The notes under the pieces: generated by a model
Told to the model about the DNA's origin: nothing
Seen by the model: the letters and a program-made list of their open reading frames with translations, nothing else
Database searches by the model: none
IMG/VR virus record: IMGVR_UViG_3300045988_091566
Length of the DNA stretch: 64,000 nucleotides
Reading direction: 5' to 3' (one strand)
Source of the DNA: a virus
Shown: positions 9,735 to 18,367 of the stretch, piece after piece
Layout: the number at the start of each line of letters is the position of its first letter
How positions within the stretch are numbered: the first letter of the stretch is position 1
Translations under genes and position numbers: made by a program

Positions 9735-9917
9735 ATGAAAGCAATAATCGAAAAAGGAAAAGCAGATAATAATATTCAAAGCTGCTTTATATCAGAATGT
9801 GGAATTGAAATAATATTTCATAATAATGACTTGGCAGATAAATTTGCTAAATCATTAGATCCATTTCATATCTCATATGTAAAGAATGGAAATAAAATAA
9901 CTATATCACATAATTAA
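9735..9917 (+). CDS. hypothetical protein (60 aa)
   Basis: ORF track. Confidence 0.35.
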   Translation: MKAIIEKGKADNNIQSCFISECGIEIIFHNNDLADKFAKSLDPFHISYVKNGNKITISHN

Positions 9918-9935
9918 ATTTAACACATTAACAAT

Positions 9936-10445
9936 ATGGAAAAGAATATCGTAAAAAATGGAACTAAAGTAATCCTCTTTGCATTAGATACAGAGGATAC
10001 AAGTGTGACTGGTGTTATTACTGGTCATTGGTCAACTATGTATGGCAAACTCATGTATAAGTGTCACTATAAAGAGCTTGATGGTATTGAAGGAGATCTT
10101 GATAACCTCATGAGAGAAAACTTTGAGGTTGTTCCTAATAAGTTCATTAACTTAACACCTCACACCATCACTCTCAATAATGGTACAGAATACCATGCAT
10201 CAGGTAAAGTTGCTCGTGTCACTAACAAGTTCAGCAATTTTTGCTGTGGTATTTCCACAGTGTTCTATGGTGAGATTGAGAATCTCCCAGAGCCTGAAGA
10301 AGGTACAATCTATATAGTATCAGCAATGGTACTAGCAGCTGCTAAAAACAAAGGCAGAACGGATGTAGTTGCTCCTGCAACAGGTCATCCAGATTGTATC
10401 CGAAAGGACGGATTTATCGTATCCGTTCCAGGATTCGTAAGATAA
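9936..10445 (+). CDS. hypothetical protein (169 aa)
   Basis: ORF track. Confidence 0.5.
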   Translation: MEKNIVKNGTKVILFALDTEDTSVTGVITGHWSTMYGKLMYKCHYKELDGIEGDLDNLMRENFEVVPNKFINLTPHTITLNNGTEYHASGKVARVTNKFSNFCCGISTVFYGEIENLPEPEEGTIYIVSAMVLAAAKNKGRTDVVAPATGHPDCIRKDGFIVSVPGFVR

Positions 10446-10476
10446 TTATTCATTATAACTCCAGTAAATAAAAGCA

Positions 10477-10719
10477 TTGTATCAGGGTTGTAACCTGACT
10501 GGAGTTCTATTGTTTAACACATTAACACATAAAAAAATGATAAAAGTATTGTTTAAATCAGAGGAATTGCTCATAGCAGCAGACTCTGAGAGTGCGGTGG
10601 TTTACGGAAACACCACAAAAAATACCGTAATAGAGTACCTCAGCAATCTTACTCCAAAGAATGGTGAAGAAGCGATGAGCATTATTATGCTTTACTCGCT
10701 ACAAGTAAGTATGTGGTAG
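10477..10719 (+). CDS. hypothetical protein (80 aa)
   Basis: ORF track. Confidence 0.35.
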   Translation: MYQGCNLTGVLLFNTLTHKKMIKVLFKSEELLIAADSESAVVYGNTTKNTVIEYLSNLTPKNGEEAMSIIMLYSLQVSMW

Positions 10720-10904
10720 CTAAACACATTAAAGTTACCACTAAAACAGAAGTGGTTGTAAAAACAGCTAAATCTTCAGTAGTTAAGACTGATGAGGATG
10801 CACTTCGTATTGCTGATAAGTTCGGTCTTAAAGCAGAAGTGCAAAGAGAACTTGATAATGGCGCCACGCCACTAAAAGCTCTTAAAGAGTGGGATATCAT
10901 TTGA
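10713..10904 (+). CDS. hypothetical protein (63 aa)
   Basis: ORF track. Confidence 0.4.
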   Translation: MVAKHIKVTTKTEVVVKTAKSSVVKTDEDALRIADKFGLKAEVQRELDNGATPLKALKEWDII

Positions 10905-11100
10905 TGATTGTTTTAGTCCTGAGTAAGACTTTAAACTGCTCACTTTTTATTAGTTAAAAATTTAAATGGCAATAAAGGATAGAGTTGTAAAATAATATGG
11001 TTGCAGTATCACCCGATGTGGCAACTAGTAGTATTATGCAATGAAATACTAATTAAGGTAGTGGGTTATCAACTCTATCCCAATTAAACACTTTACAGGA

Positions 11101-11352
11101 ATGAAAAAGAATATCTTTGTAATCTCTACTATTTTTTTAGGGATAGTAGTTGTAGCATTATTATTTACAATAGCTACTCTTCAGTCAGAAAATTCTGACT
11201 TACGTAATGTAGTACGTAATCAGGCTAATCAAATTAGCGAAGCCGATAGATACTACAACAATGTTGTAGCTAGAGGTATGTATGCTGATGATCCTGTGTA
11301 TAAAGCATTGGATAGAAGCAATACAAAAATCCAAGTAAATATGAATAAATAA
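11101..11352 (+). CDS. small membrane protein (83 aa) with an N-terminal TM helix
   Basis: ORF track. Hydrophobic N-terminus ISTIFLGIVVVALLFTIATL. Confidence 0.45.
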   Translation: MKKNIFVISTIFLGIVVVALLFTIATLQSENSDLRNVVRNQANQISEADRYYNNVVARGMYADDPVYKALDRSNTKIQVNMNK

Positions 11353-11363
11353 TTCCATATAAT

Positions 11364-11663
11364 ATGTTAACAGGTCGATCAAGTCTCTTGCAGGTACATC
11401 AATTGTATCTGCGAGAGATAAAAAGTAAAGAACACTTACATTGGCGTAAACAAGTCATTAAAACACATAATATGGCTGTAGCCAATCGTAAATCTCATAA
11501 TTATGCAGTCCAACTTTTGGTAAAAGCTACTAATATTCCATATTCAGCAGAATTAGCTAAGTTGATGAATCTTATAATTAATGGGAAATTTACACAACGA
11601 AAAATGTATTATGTATCTATTGATACTGCAATATTTAAACTTATAAATAATTTAACTATTTAA
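11364..11663 (+). CDS. hypothetical protein (99 aa)
   Basis: ORF track. Confidence 0.4.
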   Translation: MLTGRSSLLQVHQLYLREIKSKEHLHWRKQVIKTHNMAVANRKSHNYAVQLLVKATNIPYSAELAKLMNLIINGKFTQRKMYYVSIDTAIFKLINNLTI

Positions 11664-11668
11664 ATAAA

Positions 11669-12133
11669 ATGAAGAAATACAACATTTGGAATAAAATTTT
11701 CCATAAAAGGGAATTAAACAAGAATGTTGCGGATTATAAACTTCAACAAGGTCTTGTTAATAGTTATGAGTGTTGGCTTACTAAAATTGGTAATGCCAAT
11801 ACTCTATCTGAGTGTATGATACTCCATAAAAGAATTTGGCGTAAAGGGTTTCGTAATGCTAACCTTGGTCCAGATAAATATGGAATGTTTAGAACTAAAG
11901 ATATAAACCTTATGACAATAAATGAGGTTTATATTGGAGGAATCTATGGTCTTAATACTCTAACTATCGCACAATGGGAAGATTCTAAAGAAGAACCATA
12001 TGATTCTACACAGACATGCTATGACATTGTCTTATGTGCGTATAAAAGATTGTTAAAATCTAATATTATAGCACTTGCAGATAATGCTAAGTTATTAGTA
12101 GCAGAGTACCAACAAAATAATTATAAGTTATGA
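11669..12133 (+). CDS. hypothetical protein (154 aa)
   Basis: ORF track. Confidence 0.45.
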   Translation: MKKYNIWNKIFHKRELNKNVADYKLQQGLVNSYECWLTKIGNANTLSECMILHKRIWRKGFRNANLGPDKYGMFRTKDINLMTINEVYIGGIYGLNTLTIAQWEDSKEEPYDSTQTCYDIVLCAYKRLLKSNIIALADNAKLLVAEYQQNNYKL

Positions 12134-12215
12134 TATTCTTACAAAATATTATTTTAATTACTCTCCTTATAGGAATGGGTAAAATAGCATACGATGATTT
12201 TAAAGAAATGAATTT

Positions 12216-12677
12216 ATGATAAATGTATTTCAAAATGAGAAGGAATATACAATTTCTGTGACTATTCCTATTAAAAAAGTAAATTTCTCTGAAACTCCAT
12301 CAAAAAGAGATTTCAAGAAGTTTGCAGAAGAAGTATTTGAGGCTTATACTAATATTATAGTAGAAGCTTTGGAAGCTCGAATGAATGCTTGTGTTAATGG
12401 TCTTATTAAGCATTCAGATGATGTAAAGTATTGTGATAGTAAATATATTACATACACTAGAAAATCTGGTGGAGAACATACTTTCTCTTATAATGCTTAT
12501 GATACTATGCAAAGATTAGTTAAAAAAATTCAGCAATATAAGTTGGGTGAATTAACTAAGTCTGAACTCAAACAGATTGCTAAAGCTCTTTATTGGGTTG
12601 AAGATAAATCAGATATTGGAAAATATACATTCCAGGACTTAATTGATGTAATCGATGAATACCGAGAGTTTAAATAA
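12216..12677 (+). CDS. hypothetical protein (153 aa)
   Basis: ORF track. Confidence 0.45.
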   Translation: MINVFQNEKEYTISVTIPIKKVNFSETPSKRDFKKFAEEVFEAYTNIIVEALEARMNACVNGLIKHSDDVKYCDSKYITYTRKSGGEHTFSYNAYDTMQRLVKKIQQYKLGELTKSELKQIAKALYWVEDKSDIGKYTFQDLIDVIDEYREFK

Positions 12678-13029
12678 AAAAATTGTATCAGGTTGTGAGA
12701 GTCTTGCCGGTAAAGCTCTCACAATAGATCATGATGCTAGAACTTATCACATTGGTGATAGAGTAATTCCATTTTCTTCTTGTGTTATTAAAGAAGGTAA
12801 AATTTATTACTTGACACCAATGTGTAAAGTTCTTGTTGATATGGGTTTTAAAGGCGTAGCAGATTTTACCTCTAATACAGTTATTTGTACTAGTTTTGAT
12901 AATTGTAATCGCAATATTAAAACTGTAGGACTTGTAACTATCGACGACAGAGTCTTTATTAAGATTACTCTTAATTCAGAATTTCCAATGTATGAAGGTT
13001 ACGAATCTTTAAGAAGTGAAGTTTATTAG
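12655..13029 (+). CDS. hypothetical protein (124 aa); ends TAG followed immediately by TAA
   Basis: ORF track. The terminal codons are TAT TAG TAA. Confidence 0.4.
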   Translation: MNTESLNKKIVSGCESLAGKALTIDHDARTYHIGDRVIPFSSCVIKEGKIYYLTPMCKVLVDMGFKGVADFTSNTVICTSFDNCNRNIKTVGLVTIDDRVFIKITLNSEFPMYEGYESLRSEVY

Positions 13030-13184
13030 TAAAAAAAGAATGAAGCTGCACTCTAGTACTATAGAGTATAATAAATAGTTGACATCTTGGAAAGAAAATT
13101 GGTTAATCATAAGACAAGACTTATGTATTTTTAAAATAAAATAGTTATCAACAATATACAGTTTAGATCATTTTCGCTAGTTCG

Positions 13185-13199
13185 GTCTGTGATAGATAG
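13185..13199 (+). repeat. copy 1 of the conserved loop motif GTCTGTGRWAGATAG
   Basis: GTCTGTGATAGATAG in a 350-nt non-coding region. Confidence 0.5.
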
Positions 13200-13259
13200 G
13201 GCTAGTTACTTTAGTAATCTATTATGTCCATAAGCACAATAGATTACAAAGACAAATAT

Positions 13260-13290
13260 TAGAGTTCAGTCTGTGGTAGATAGAACTCTA
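13260..13290 (+). repeat. copy 2: hairpin TAGAGTTC-[AGTCTGTGGTAGATA]-GAACTCTA
   Basis: 8-bp stem with the conserved loop motif. Confidence 0.55.
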
Positions 13291-13381
13291 AGTGTAAACC
13301 TACATCCTGCATATCCAAAGTAGCAGACTCTTAATGAGAAAGGTGATGGCACATTATTAATAATTAAATAGTTTAAAAAAA

Positions 13382-13552
13382 ATGGAGACAAAAGACATTA
13401 TTAAGATTACAGCATTAGTCTTTTCTAAAAAGAAAACTATTGCACAAGTAAGTAAGGAGTACAAAGCTATTCATGGTAAAGAACTTCCAATCAAGAGTGA
13501 CTTAGAAACATTACAAGCACAATTATCTTTGGGAGGAATTTATCAATGGTGA
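13382..13552 (+). CDS. small hypothetical protein (56 aa); ATGA overlap with the next gene
   Basis: Hand translation: METKDIIKITALVFSKKKTIAQVSKEYKAIHGKELPIKSDLETLQAQLSLGGIYQW*. Confidence 0.3.
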   Translation: METKDIIKITALVFSKKKTIAQVSKEYKAIHGKELPIKSDLETLQAQLSLGGIYQW

Positions 13553-13905
13553 CAATGAATCACAATACTCTGGGAGAATTAGTAATAATGCTCTCAGCAC
13601 AGATTGATGCAGAGTACAATATTTCTAAGACTACACATGCTAACTATGCTAATGCTTTCAATAAGAAATATCAATATCTTAATAATACATTAAGAATTAT
13701 TTCTGGAGAAAGTATAAAGGGAGGAACATTTGCAGCATATATTAGAAATCCTTTGTTAGTATTATCGGGACTGATTATGGATAAGTACAAGAAAATATTA
13801 TTTACAGATATAAAAGGTAACACTTTTGTTGTGAATAATGTCAAATGGCTTTACCAATATATGAGTTCTAAAAACATTAATACAGAACCAAGAATATATG
13901 GATAA
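13546..13905 (+). CDS. hypothetical protein (119 aa)
   Basis: ORF track. Confidence 0.45.
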   Translation: MVTMNHNTLGELVIMLSAQIDAEYNISKTTHANYANAFNKKYQYLNNTLRIISGESIKGGTFAAYIRNPLLVLSGLIMDKYKKILFTDIKGNTFVVNNVKWLYQYMSSKNINTEPRIYG

Positions 13906-14296
13906 AGGTTTGCTAGGAATTGTTATACTTGCTTTTATTTTATGTATGATTTGGATTATTGCCAGTCATAATAAAGTAATGAAACAAGTAAAACTTAATC
14001 AGCTAAGAGATATAAGAAGCAGTATAAATAATGCTTTAAGTCTCTACGATTGTTTGTATATACATATTAATATGTATAATAAAGGATTTACTGAAAGTAA
14101 ATCTTTGACATTTGATGGAATAATAGTTCTATCAAATAACTTATCATCTAAAACTGTAATGTTCAAAGAGGGAACTTTAGAATATATCGAAGGTCATTAT
14201 GAAGCTGACTCTGAAACTTATAAAACAGCATTAGCTACATATAAATCTAGATTAATTTCTGAAGTTGATCTTGAACTAGATAGATATAACTATTAA
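13898..14296 (+). CDS. hypothetical membrane protein (132 aa) with an N-terminal TM helix
   Basis: ORF track. Hydrophobic N-terminus LLGIVILAFILCMIWIIA. Confidence 0.45.
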   Translation: MDKGLLGIVILAFILCMIWIIASHNKVMKQVKLNQLRDIRSSINNALSLYDCLYIHINMYNKGFTESKSLTFDGIIVLSNNLSSKTVMFKEGTLEYIEGHYEADSETYKTALATYKSRLISEVDLELDRYNY

Positions 14297-14307
14297 TTTT
14301 AAAAATT

Positions 14308-14703
14308 ATGGAATTATTATTTAATGTTAAACAGAAAAATGTTGTGGCTAAGATTGGTGAAGATTACTTCTTTCTTAGCAAGAAACCAAAGAAACTAGAG
14401 TTTGCTGATTCCGTGCATAAGACTTTAGTCTTAAAGCATTTTAAAGCTCTGAAACCAACTATTGAAGAACATTCAGTTATTGATGAGTCATTAACTGTAG
14501 ATGAGTGGAAAGATTTTCCAGTATGGTTAGAGAATGAATCTAATGGCGCTGAAGGAAATCTTGAGATTACTAAATTTACTTATGGTAATATTAAACTATA
14601 TGTAAATGGTGGATGCCTTTGTGGAAATGTTCCAGAATATGCTTTAAAAGGCATCATTAAATTGTTCAAACAATCTAAAACGAAAGAAAATGCAGACAAT
14701 TAA
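14308..14703 (+). CDS. hypothetical protein (131 aa)
   Basis: ORF track. Confidence 0.45.
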   Translation: MELLFNVKQKNVVAKIGEDYFFLSKKPKKLEFADSVHKTLVLKHFKALKPTIEEHSVIDESLTVDEWKDFPVWLENESNGAEGNLEITKFTYGNIKLYVNGGCLCGNVPEYALKGIIKLFKQSKTKENADN

Positions 14704-15205
14704 GAAAGTAAAGTACAGCATTGAGAGAGTTGGTAACAGTACGTTTTGTACTATGTCTTGTGATTTAGAGTACATAATGGATTACTTAGAAGGAGCTAAT
14801 ATAAAAGTTTCAAGTGCTGATACTTCTGTATTCCTTAAAATTGCGACTTCTAAAGAAAGAAAGATTTTCATTAAAAACCTTGCTTCTTGGGGACTTACTG
14901 TTGATAATTCTACTGTAACAGTCGTTTCTAAAATTACTTTAAGTAAAAATGATAAGGACGACCAGGTAGTAGCTAATCGAATTGTGAGAGATAAAGCTAT
15001 GCATACTATGTGTAAAGTTATTGCAAACGCTTTAAATCAGGCTTTGGATTCTACTTATAATAGATTAGCTAAAGTAAACAATATTATTAATAAGTTAGAG
15101 CACATTGCTTATCATTCAAAATATAATGAGGATGATACAACATGTGATATTGAAGATTATCCAGATCCAGAAGATGATGATGTGGATATTGCAGACATAC
15201 TATAA
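14690..15205 (+). CDS. hypothetical protein (171 aa) with an acidic C-terminus
   Basis: ORF track. Confidence 0.45.
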   Translation: MQTIKKVKYSIERVGNSTFCTMSCDLEYIMDYLEGANIKVSSADTSVFLKIATSKERKIFIKNLASWGLTVDNSTVTVVSKITLSKNDKDDQVVANRIVRDKAMHTMCKVIANALNQALDSTYNRLAKVNNIINKLEHIAYHSKYNEDDTTCDIEDYPDPEDDDVDIADIL

Positions 15206-15321
15206 AATTGTCTTTGTATCGTATTAAAAGTTTAAAATTTGCAAAATATAATGATTTAAACTATAAAGTTTGAAATTAACAAATTTTTACTTTTACAATG
15301 GATATTTGAAACTATAGTAGA

Positions 15322-15585
15322 GTGTTGTTGAGAAACAATGCTCTATATACTATTAACTTTATAAAAATTATAATTATGAAAGTTTTAAGAAAGATATATA
15401 ATGTTATTAATAATAGCATTCAGTCTCGTGTAGTCAATTCTAAAGAAGAGGCTAACAAATACATTATTTCGCTCAATAGAACTTTAGAAAATAAAGTATC
15501 TCTTGAGACAGTAAATAATAAACAGGTAGAAGCCGTTAAAATTAATGGTAAATGGTGTATATCTGAAACTGAAATAATAGAGTAA
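15322..15585 (+). CDS. hypothetical protein (87 aa)
   Basis: ORF track. Confidence 0.4.
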   Translation: MLLRNNALYTINFIKIIIMKVLRKIYNVINNSIQSRVVNSKEEANKYIISLNRTLENKVSLETVNNKQVEAVKINGKWCISETEIIE

Positions 15586-15602
15586 TTCTGTAAAGTTCAT
15601 AT

Positions 15603-15634
15603 ATATTGTTGGCAACTAGCAGATAATTAGTTGC
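15603..15634 (+). repeat. conserved 31-nt element TATTGTTGGCAACTAGCAGATAATTAGTTGC (hairpin GCAACTA/TAGTTGC) immediately upstream of tRNA array 1
   Basis: A near-identical copy lies at 18051-18081, upstream of tRNA array 2. Confidence 0.6.
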
Positions 15635-15638
15635 ACTT

Positions 15639-15711
15639 GGTCCTGTAGCTCAGTGTATAGAGCAGGAATCTTCTAAATTCCGGGTCGTGAGTTAGATTCT
15701 CACCAGGACCA
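15639..15711 (+). tRNA. tRNA-Arg (anticodon TCT)
   Basis: Hand-folded cloverleaf: acceptor GGTCCTG/CAGGACC, D arm GCTC-AGTGTATA-GAGC, anticodon arm GGAAT-CTTCTAA-ATTCC, T arm GTGAG-TTAGATT-CTCAC. 73 nt. Confidence 0.7.
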
Positions 15712-15716
15712 CACAT

Positions 15717-15796
15717 GCGGAGTTAGCTTAATGGCTAGAGCACCTTACTTCCACAATTCATGAGAGGTTATATTGGTTCGAATCCTTTACTCCGTA
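15717..15796 (+). tRNA. atypical tRNA-like gene (80 nt); anticodon arm not canonical, isotype undetermined
   Basis: Acceptor GCGGAGT/ACTCCGT and D arm GCTT-AATGGCTA-GAGC are clear, and it contains GGTTCGAATCC. Positions 26-52 form only a stem (ACCTT/GAGGT) around a 17-nt loop. The T stem is weak. Confidence 0.4.
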
Positions 15797-15812
15797 CTAA
15801 CATTTAAAAAGA

Positions 15813-16172
15813 TTGAGTAATATGAAAAAGATTATTTTATTAATGAGTTTTATTGTATTAACTACAATAGCTCATGCGTTTAATTATGGTTCTATCACTG
15901 TTTATCAAGATGGTGAATGGAGTGATCCATTTTACATTAAAACTTCAGTAGTATATAATGAAGCTAGAAAAACTATTACTTTTAGTAATAGTAAGTTTGG
16001 TAAAATGGTATTAAAAATATACTCTTCTGAAATGAAGGATGGAGTAGAAATCCATAATTGTGGAGAGGTTAATACAGGAAGACGCTTTGTTGTCTTTATT
16101 ACAGTAAGAAATAAAATTCCTTACGTAACTCTTAGTACTTCCGCAGATACCATGTTTTCATTTGGCTTTTAA
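15813..16172 (+). CDS. secreted hypothetical protein (119 aa) with a Sec signal peptide
   Basis: ORF track. N-terminus MSNMKKIILLMSFIVLTTIAHA is a typical signal peptide. The gene is embedded between tRNA genes. Confidence 0.5.
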   Translation: MSNMKKIILLMSFIVLTTIAHAFNYGSITVYQDGEWSDPFYIKTSVVYNEARKTITFSNSKFGKMVLKIYSSEMKDGVEIHNCGEVNTGRRFVVFITVRNKIPYVTLSTSADTMFSFGF

Positions 16173-16227
16173 GTTTCCATAATAATGTGTTAACGTTTTA
16201 CTAGTTTTCCGATATAAACTAGTACTT

Positions 16228-16311
16228 ACGGTAGTAGCTCAGTGGTTAGAGCATCTCTTTTTATAATAGGTCATTTCGAGAAGGTCATTGGTTCGAATCC
16301 TTTCTACCGTA
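16228..16311 (+). tRNA. atypical tRNA-like gene (84 nt); anticodon arm not canonical, isotype undetermined
   Basis: Acceptor ACGGTAG/CTACCGT and D arm GCTC-AGTGGTTA-GAGC are clear. The region ending ATTGGTTCGAATCCTTT is identical to the corresponding region of the 15717 gene. The middle 34 nt fold only as a TCTC/GAGA stem around a 20-nt loop. Confidence 0.4.
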
Positions 16312-16419
16312 CAAATTTAATTTGATATATTGTTAGTGTGTTTGGATAAATCCTGACTAATAAATTTATTAGTATAGGTAGGTGTTACCACTATTCTCCT
16401 TTATAGAAATGTGGGCTAT

Positions 16420-16489
16420 GGAGATATAGCTCAGAAGGTCAGAGCACGGTGAAAATCCCGAGGTTGTGGTTCAATTCCACGTATCTCCA
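16420..16489 (+). tRNA. atypical tRNA-like gene (70 nt); no canonical anticodon stem found
   Basis: Acceptor GGAGATA/TATCTCC, D arm GCTC-AGAAGGTCA-GAGC, T arm TGTGG-TTCAATT-CCACG. The 19 nt in between (ACGGTGAAAATCCCGAGGT) do not form a 5/7/5 arm. Confidence 0.35.
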
Positions 16490-16522
16490 CTATATACAAG
16501 AATAAAATTCTTATGCAGATTA

Positions 16523-16593
16523 GCTCTCTAAGCTTTAAGGTGAAGCACGAAACTTTTAATTTCGGGAAGACAGGTCAGTACTGTCAGGGAGCA
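16523..16593 (+). tRNA. tRNA-Lys (anticodon TTT); genomically encoded CCA follows at 16594-16596
   Basis: Acceptor GCTCTCT/AGGGAGC, D arm GCTT-TAAGGTG-AAGC, anticodon arm CGAAA-CTTTTAA-TTTCG, T arm GACAG-GTCAGTA-CTGTC, discriminator A, then CCA. Confidence 0.65.
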
Positions 16594-16637
16594 CCATTAA
16601 TTTTTAATTTATTAAAAGTATTCATTTGTAATACACG

Positions 16638-16667
16638 AGATTCTCAGTCTGTGAAGATAGAGAATCT
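16638..16667 (+). repeat. copy 3 of the hairpin motif: AGATTCTC-[AGTCTGTGAAGATA]-GAGAATCT
   Basis: 8-bp stem with the conserved loop, between the tRNA-Lys and tRNA-Glu genes. Confidence 0.55.
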
Positions 16668-16671
16668 ACTT

Positions 16672-16744
16672 GGCACTATCGTCTAGCTGGTCAGGACGTA
16701 ACTTTTTCAAAGTTATAAGGCGATTTCGAGCATCGCTAGTGCTA
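16672..16744 (+). tRNA. tRNA-Glu (anticodon TTC)
   Basis: Acceptor GGCACTA/TAGTGCT (G1-U72 wobble), anticodon arm TAACT-TTTTCAA-AGTTA, T arm GCGAT-TTCGAGC-ATCGC. Confidence 0.65.
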
Positions 16745-16825
16745 CTCTTCCATATTTAAAAAACTAATACGATTAATGTTTAAAATATAAAGTCAGCGGA
16801 CTTTATAACGTTAAAGAGTTGTTAG

Positions 16826-16851
16826 GCTTCTTGTCTGTGAAGATAGGGAGC
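16826..16851 (+). repeat. copy 4 of the hairpin motif: GCTTC-[TTGTCTGTGAAGATAG]-GGAGC
   Basis: Conserved loop immediately upstream of the tRNA-Ser gene. Confidence 0.5.
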
Positions 16852-16857
16852 TTTATT

Positions 16858-16945
16858 GGAGAAATGACTGAGTGGTCGAAAGTGGCACCCTGCTAAGGTG
16901 TTAGTCATATTACATGGCTCGAAGGTTCGAATCCTTCTTTCTCCG
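16858..16945 (+). tRNA. tRNA-Ser (anticodon GCT), type II with a long variable arm
   Basis: Acceptor GGAGAAA/TTTCTCC, anticodon arm GCACC-CTGCTAA-GGTGT, long variable arm, T arm GAAGG-TTCGAAT-CCTTC. 88 nt. Confidence 0.65.
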
Positions 16946-16990
16946 CTTTATTCATACTTGTAATTATAAAATATGGTTCGTGAGAATAGT

Positions 16991-17063
16991 ATTTTATTCG
17001 GAGGATTAGTGTAACGGTTTCACACGAGGGACTTTGACTCCCTAATAGGCAGTCCGACTCTGC
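16991..17063 (+). tRNA. tRNA-Gln (anticodon TTG)
   Basis: Acceptor GGAGGAT/ATCCTCT, D arm GTGT-AACGGTTTC-ACAC, anticodon arm AGGGA-CTTTGAC-TCCCT, T arm GGCAG-TCCGACT-CTGCC. Confidence 0.65.
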
Positions 17064-17263
17064 CATCCTCTACTAATTAATACATAGGTACTAAACAACT
17101 CTCAGTAACTCTGTTAAATAGCGTAATTACCTTAAAATTAATCATTTGGGTTAAAAAGAAAAAGAACGTTAGATAACTGAGGACAATGGAATAGTTTAAA
17201 TATAACCAGTGAAAATCGCCTATTATTTAAATAGATTATTAACACATTAATTATAGATAAATT

Positions 17264-17653
17264 ATGACAAGACAAGATTATTTTATTAGTAAAACCAATT
17301 TAATAGCACAAATAGAAAGTGCTAAGAAATTTGGTTGTAAACATGTACTCAAGTGTGCAAAGTTAAATTTAGCTGAACTTGAAAAGAGGTACAAAAAAGA
17401 ACATCTTTCTAATCCTCTGTTCAGTTACATGGTAACTGATGAAGAAATGGACGAACTTATTAGAAATGATGAAAAACCTACATTTAAAATCAAAGTAACT
17501 TTTAAAAGTGGAGAAGCTTATGATTTGATGTTTTATCATGAACTTAAAAGTGGAGTTAAACATTCTGATGTTGTGAAATGGGCGATGATAGGATTAACTA
17601 AAACTATTCATCATCCTGAAAATATTGTAGATGCTCGTTTTATTATGGGTTAA
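17264..17653 (+). CDS. hypothetical protein (129 aa)
   Basis: ORF track. Confidence 0.45.
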   Translation: MTRQDYFISKTNLIAQIESAKKFGCKHVLKCAKLNLAELEKRYKKEHLSNPLFSYMVTDEEMDELIRNDEKPTFKIKVTFKSGEAYDLMFYHELKSGVKHSDVVKWAMIGLTKTIHHPENIVDARFIMG

Positions 17654-17658
17654 AAGAT

Positions 17659-18018
17659 ATGGAAGTAAAAACAATACAGATTGACTCTGATACATTTTTA
17701 GTGTTTAAGGGACGAGAGTACAGACAGATAAACATAAATGATATTGTATGTATAAAAACATCTGGTAAATATAGTACTATAATAGATGTTCATGGCAATA
17801 GTATTATTGTGTGTTGCTCATTAAAAAATATTTCACGTGTTTTATGTATTGATTTTATTCTTGCAACACAAGGATTTTTAATAAATCATAAATACATATC
17901 TGAAATAACTAGAAAGAATGATGAAAATAATACATATATCTTAAAATTAAATGATGATATTCATACAACTGTGAACATTTCATTATACGTAGCTACAAAT
18001 ATGTTAAAACAACTGTAA
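17659..18018 (+). CDS. hypothetical protein (119 aa)
   Basis: ORF track. Confidence 0.45.
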   Translation: MEVKTIQIDSDTFLVFKGREYRQININDIVCIKTSGKYSTIIDVHGNSIIVCCSLKNISRVLCIDFILATQGFLINHKYISEITRKNDENNTYILKLNDDIHTTVNISLYVATNMLKQL

Positions 18019-18050
18019 TACCATAATAGTTATAGGATTTATAAAATAAA

Positions 18051-18081
18051 TATTGTTAGCAACTAGCAGATAATTAGTTGC
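18051..18081 (+). repeat. second copy of the 31-nt element TATTGTTAGCAACTAGCAGATAATTAGTTGC upstream of tRNA array 2
   Basis: One mismatch relative to the copy at 15603-15634. Confidence 0.6.
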
Positions 18082-18087
18082 TTATTA

Positions 18088-18171
18088 ACCCCTTTATCCG
18101 AACAGGTATAGGAGATGGTCTTAAACACCATTTGGCATAAGCCAGTCTGGGTTCGAGTCCCAGAAGGGGTA
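18088..18171 (+). tRNA. tRNA-Leu (anticodon TAA), type II
   Basis: Anticodon arm ATGGT-CTTAAAC-ACCAT, variable hairpin GGC-ATAA-GCC, T arm CTGGG-TTCGAGT-CCCAG, acceptor ACCCCTT/AAGGGGT. 84 nt. Confidence 0.6.
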
Positions 18172-18367
18172 CTAAATTATGACAAAAAATGGTTATTTAA
18201 GTATTTATGAATATTTTTAAACTCATACTAATCATTAATTTGTGAAAATTAATGAATTTCTTGTAATTACCTATATTTAGTCGAGAGTGACTAAAAGCTA
18301 ACTCACATTGCTTGCGAAAGTAGTATGAGTTTTAAATAAGGCTATATAGCAATACTAGTATATATAG

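Noticed and set aside
17369-17563. Various short minus-strand ORFs (17369..17563, 9538..9744, 10685..10900, 11200..11382, 23396..23661, 25813..26133, 26205..26441, 33371..33980, 34890..35186, 41455..41643, 43942..44148, 44357..44578, 45287..45574, 45911..46120, 47071..47424, 49152..49388, 50625..50882, 50967..51182, 51444..51644, 53789..54052, 54591..54845, 55030..55248, 56807..57380, 57894..58145, 58666..58911, 63679..63876)
   Set aside because: All are nested antisense within longer + strand ORFs in a block that is otherwise uniformly + stranded. Their sequences are hydrophobic or low-complexity, as expected for AT-rich shadow frames.
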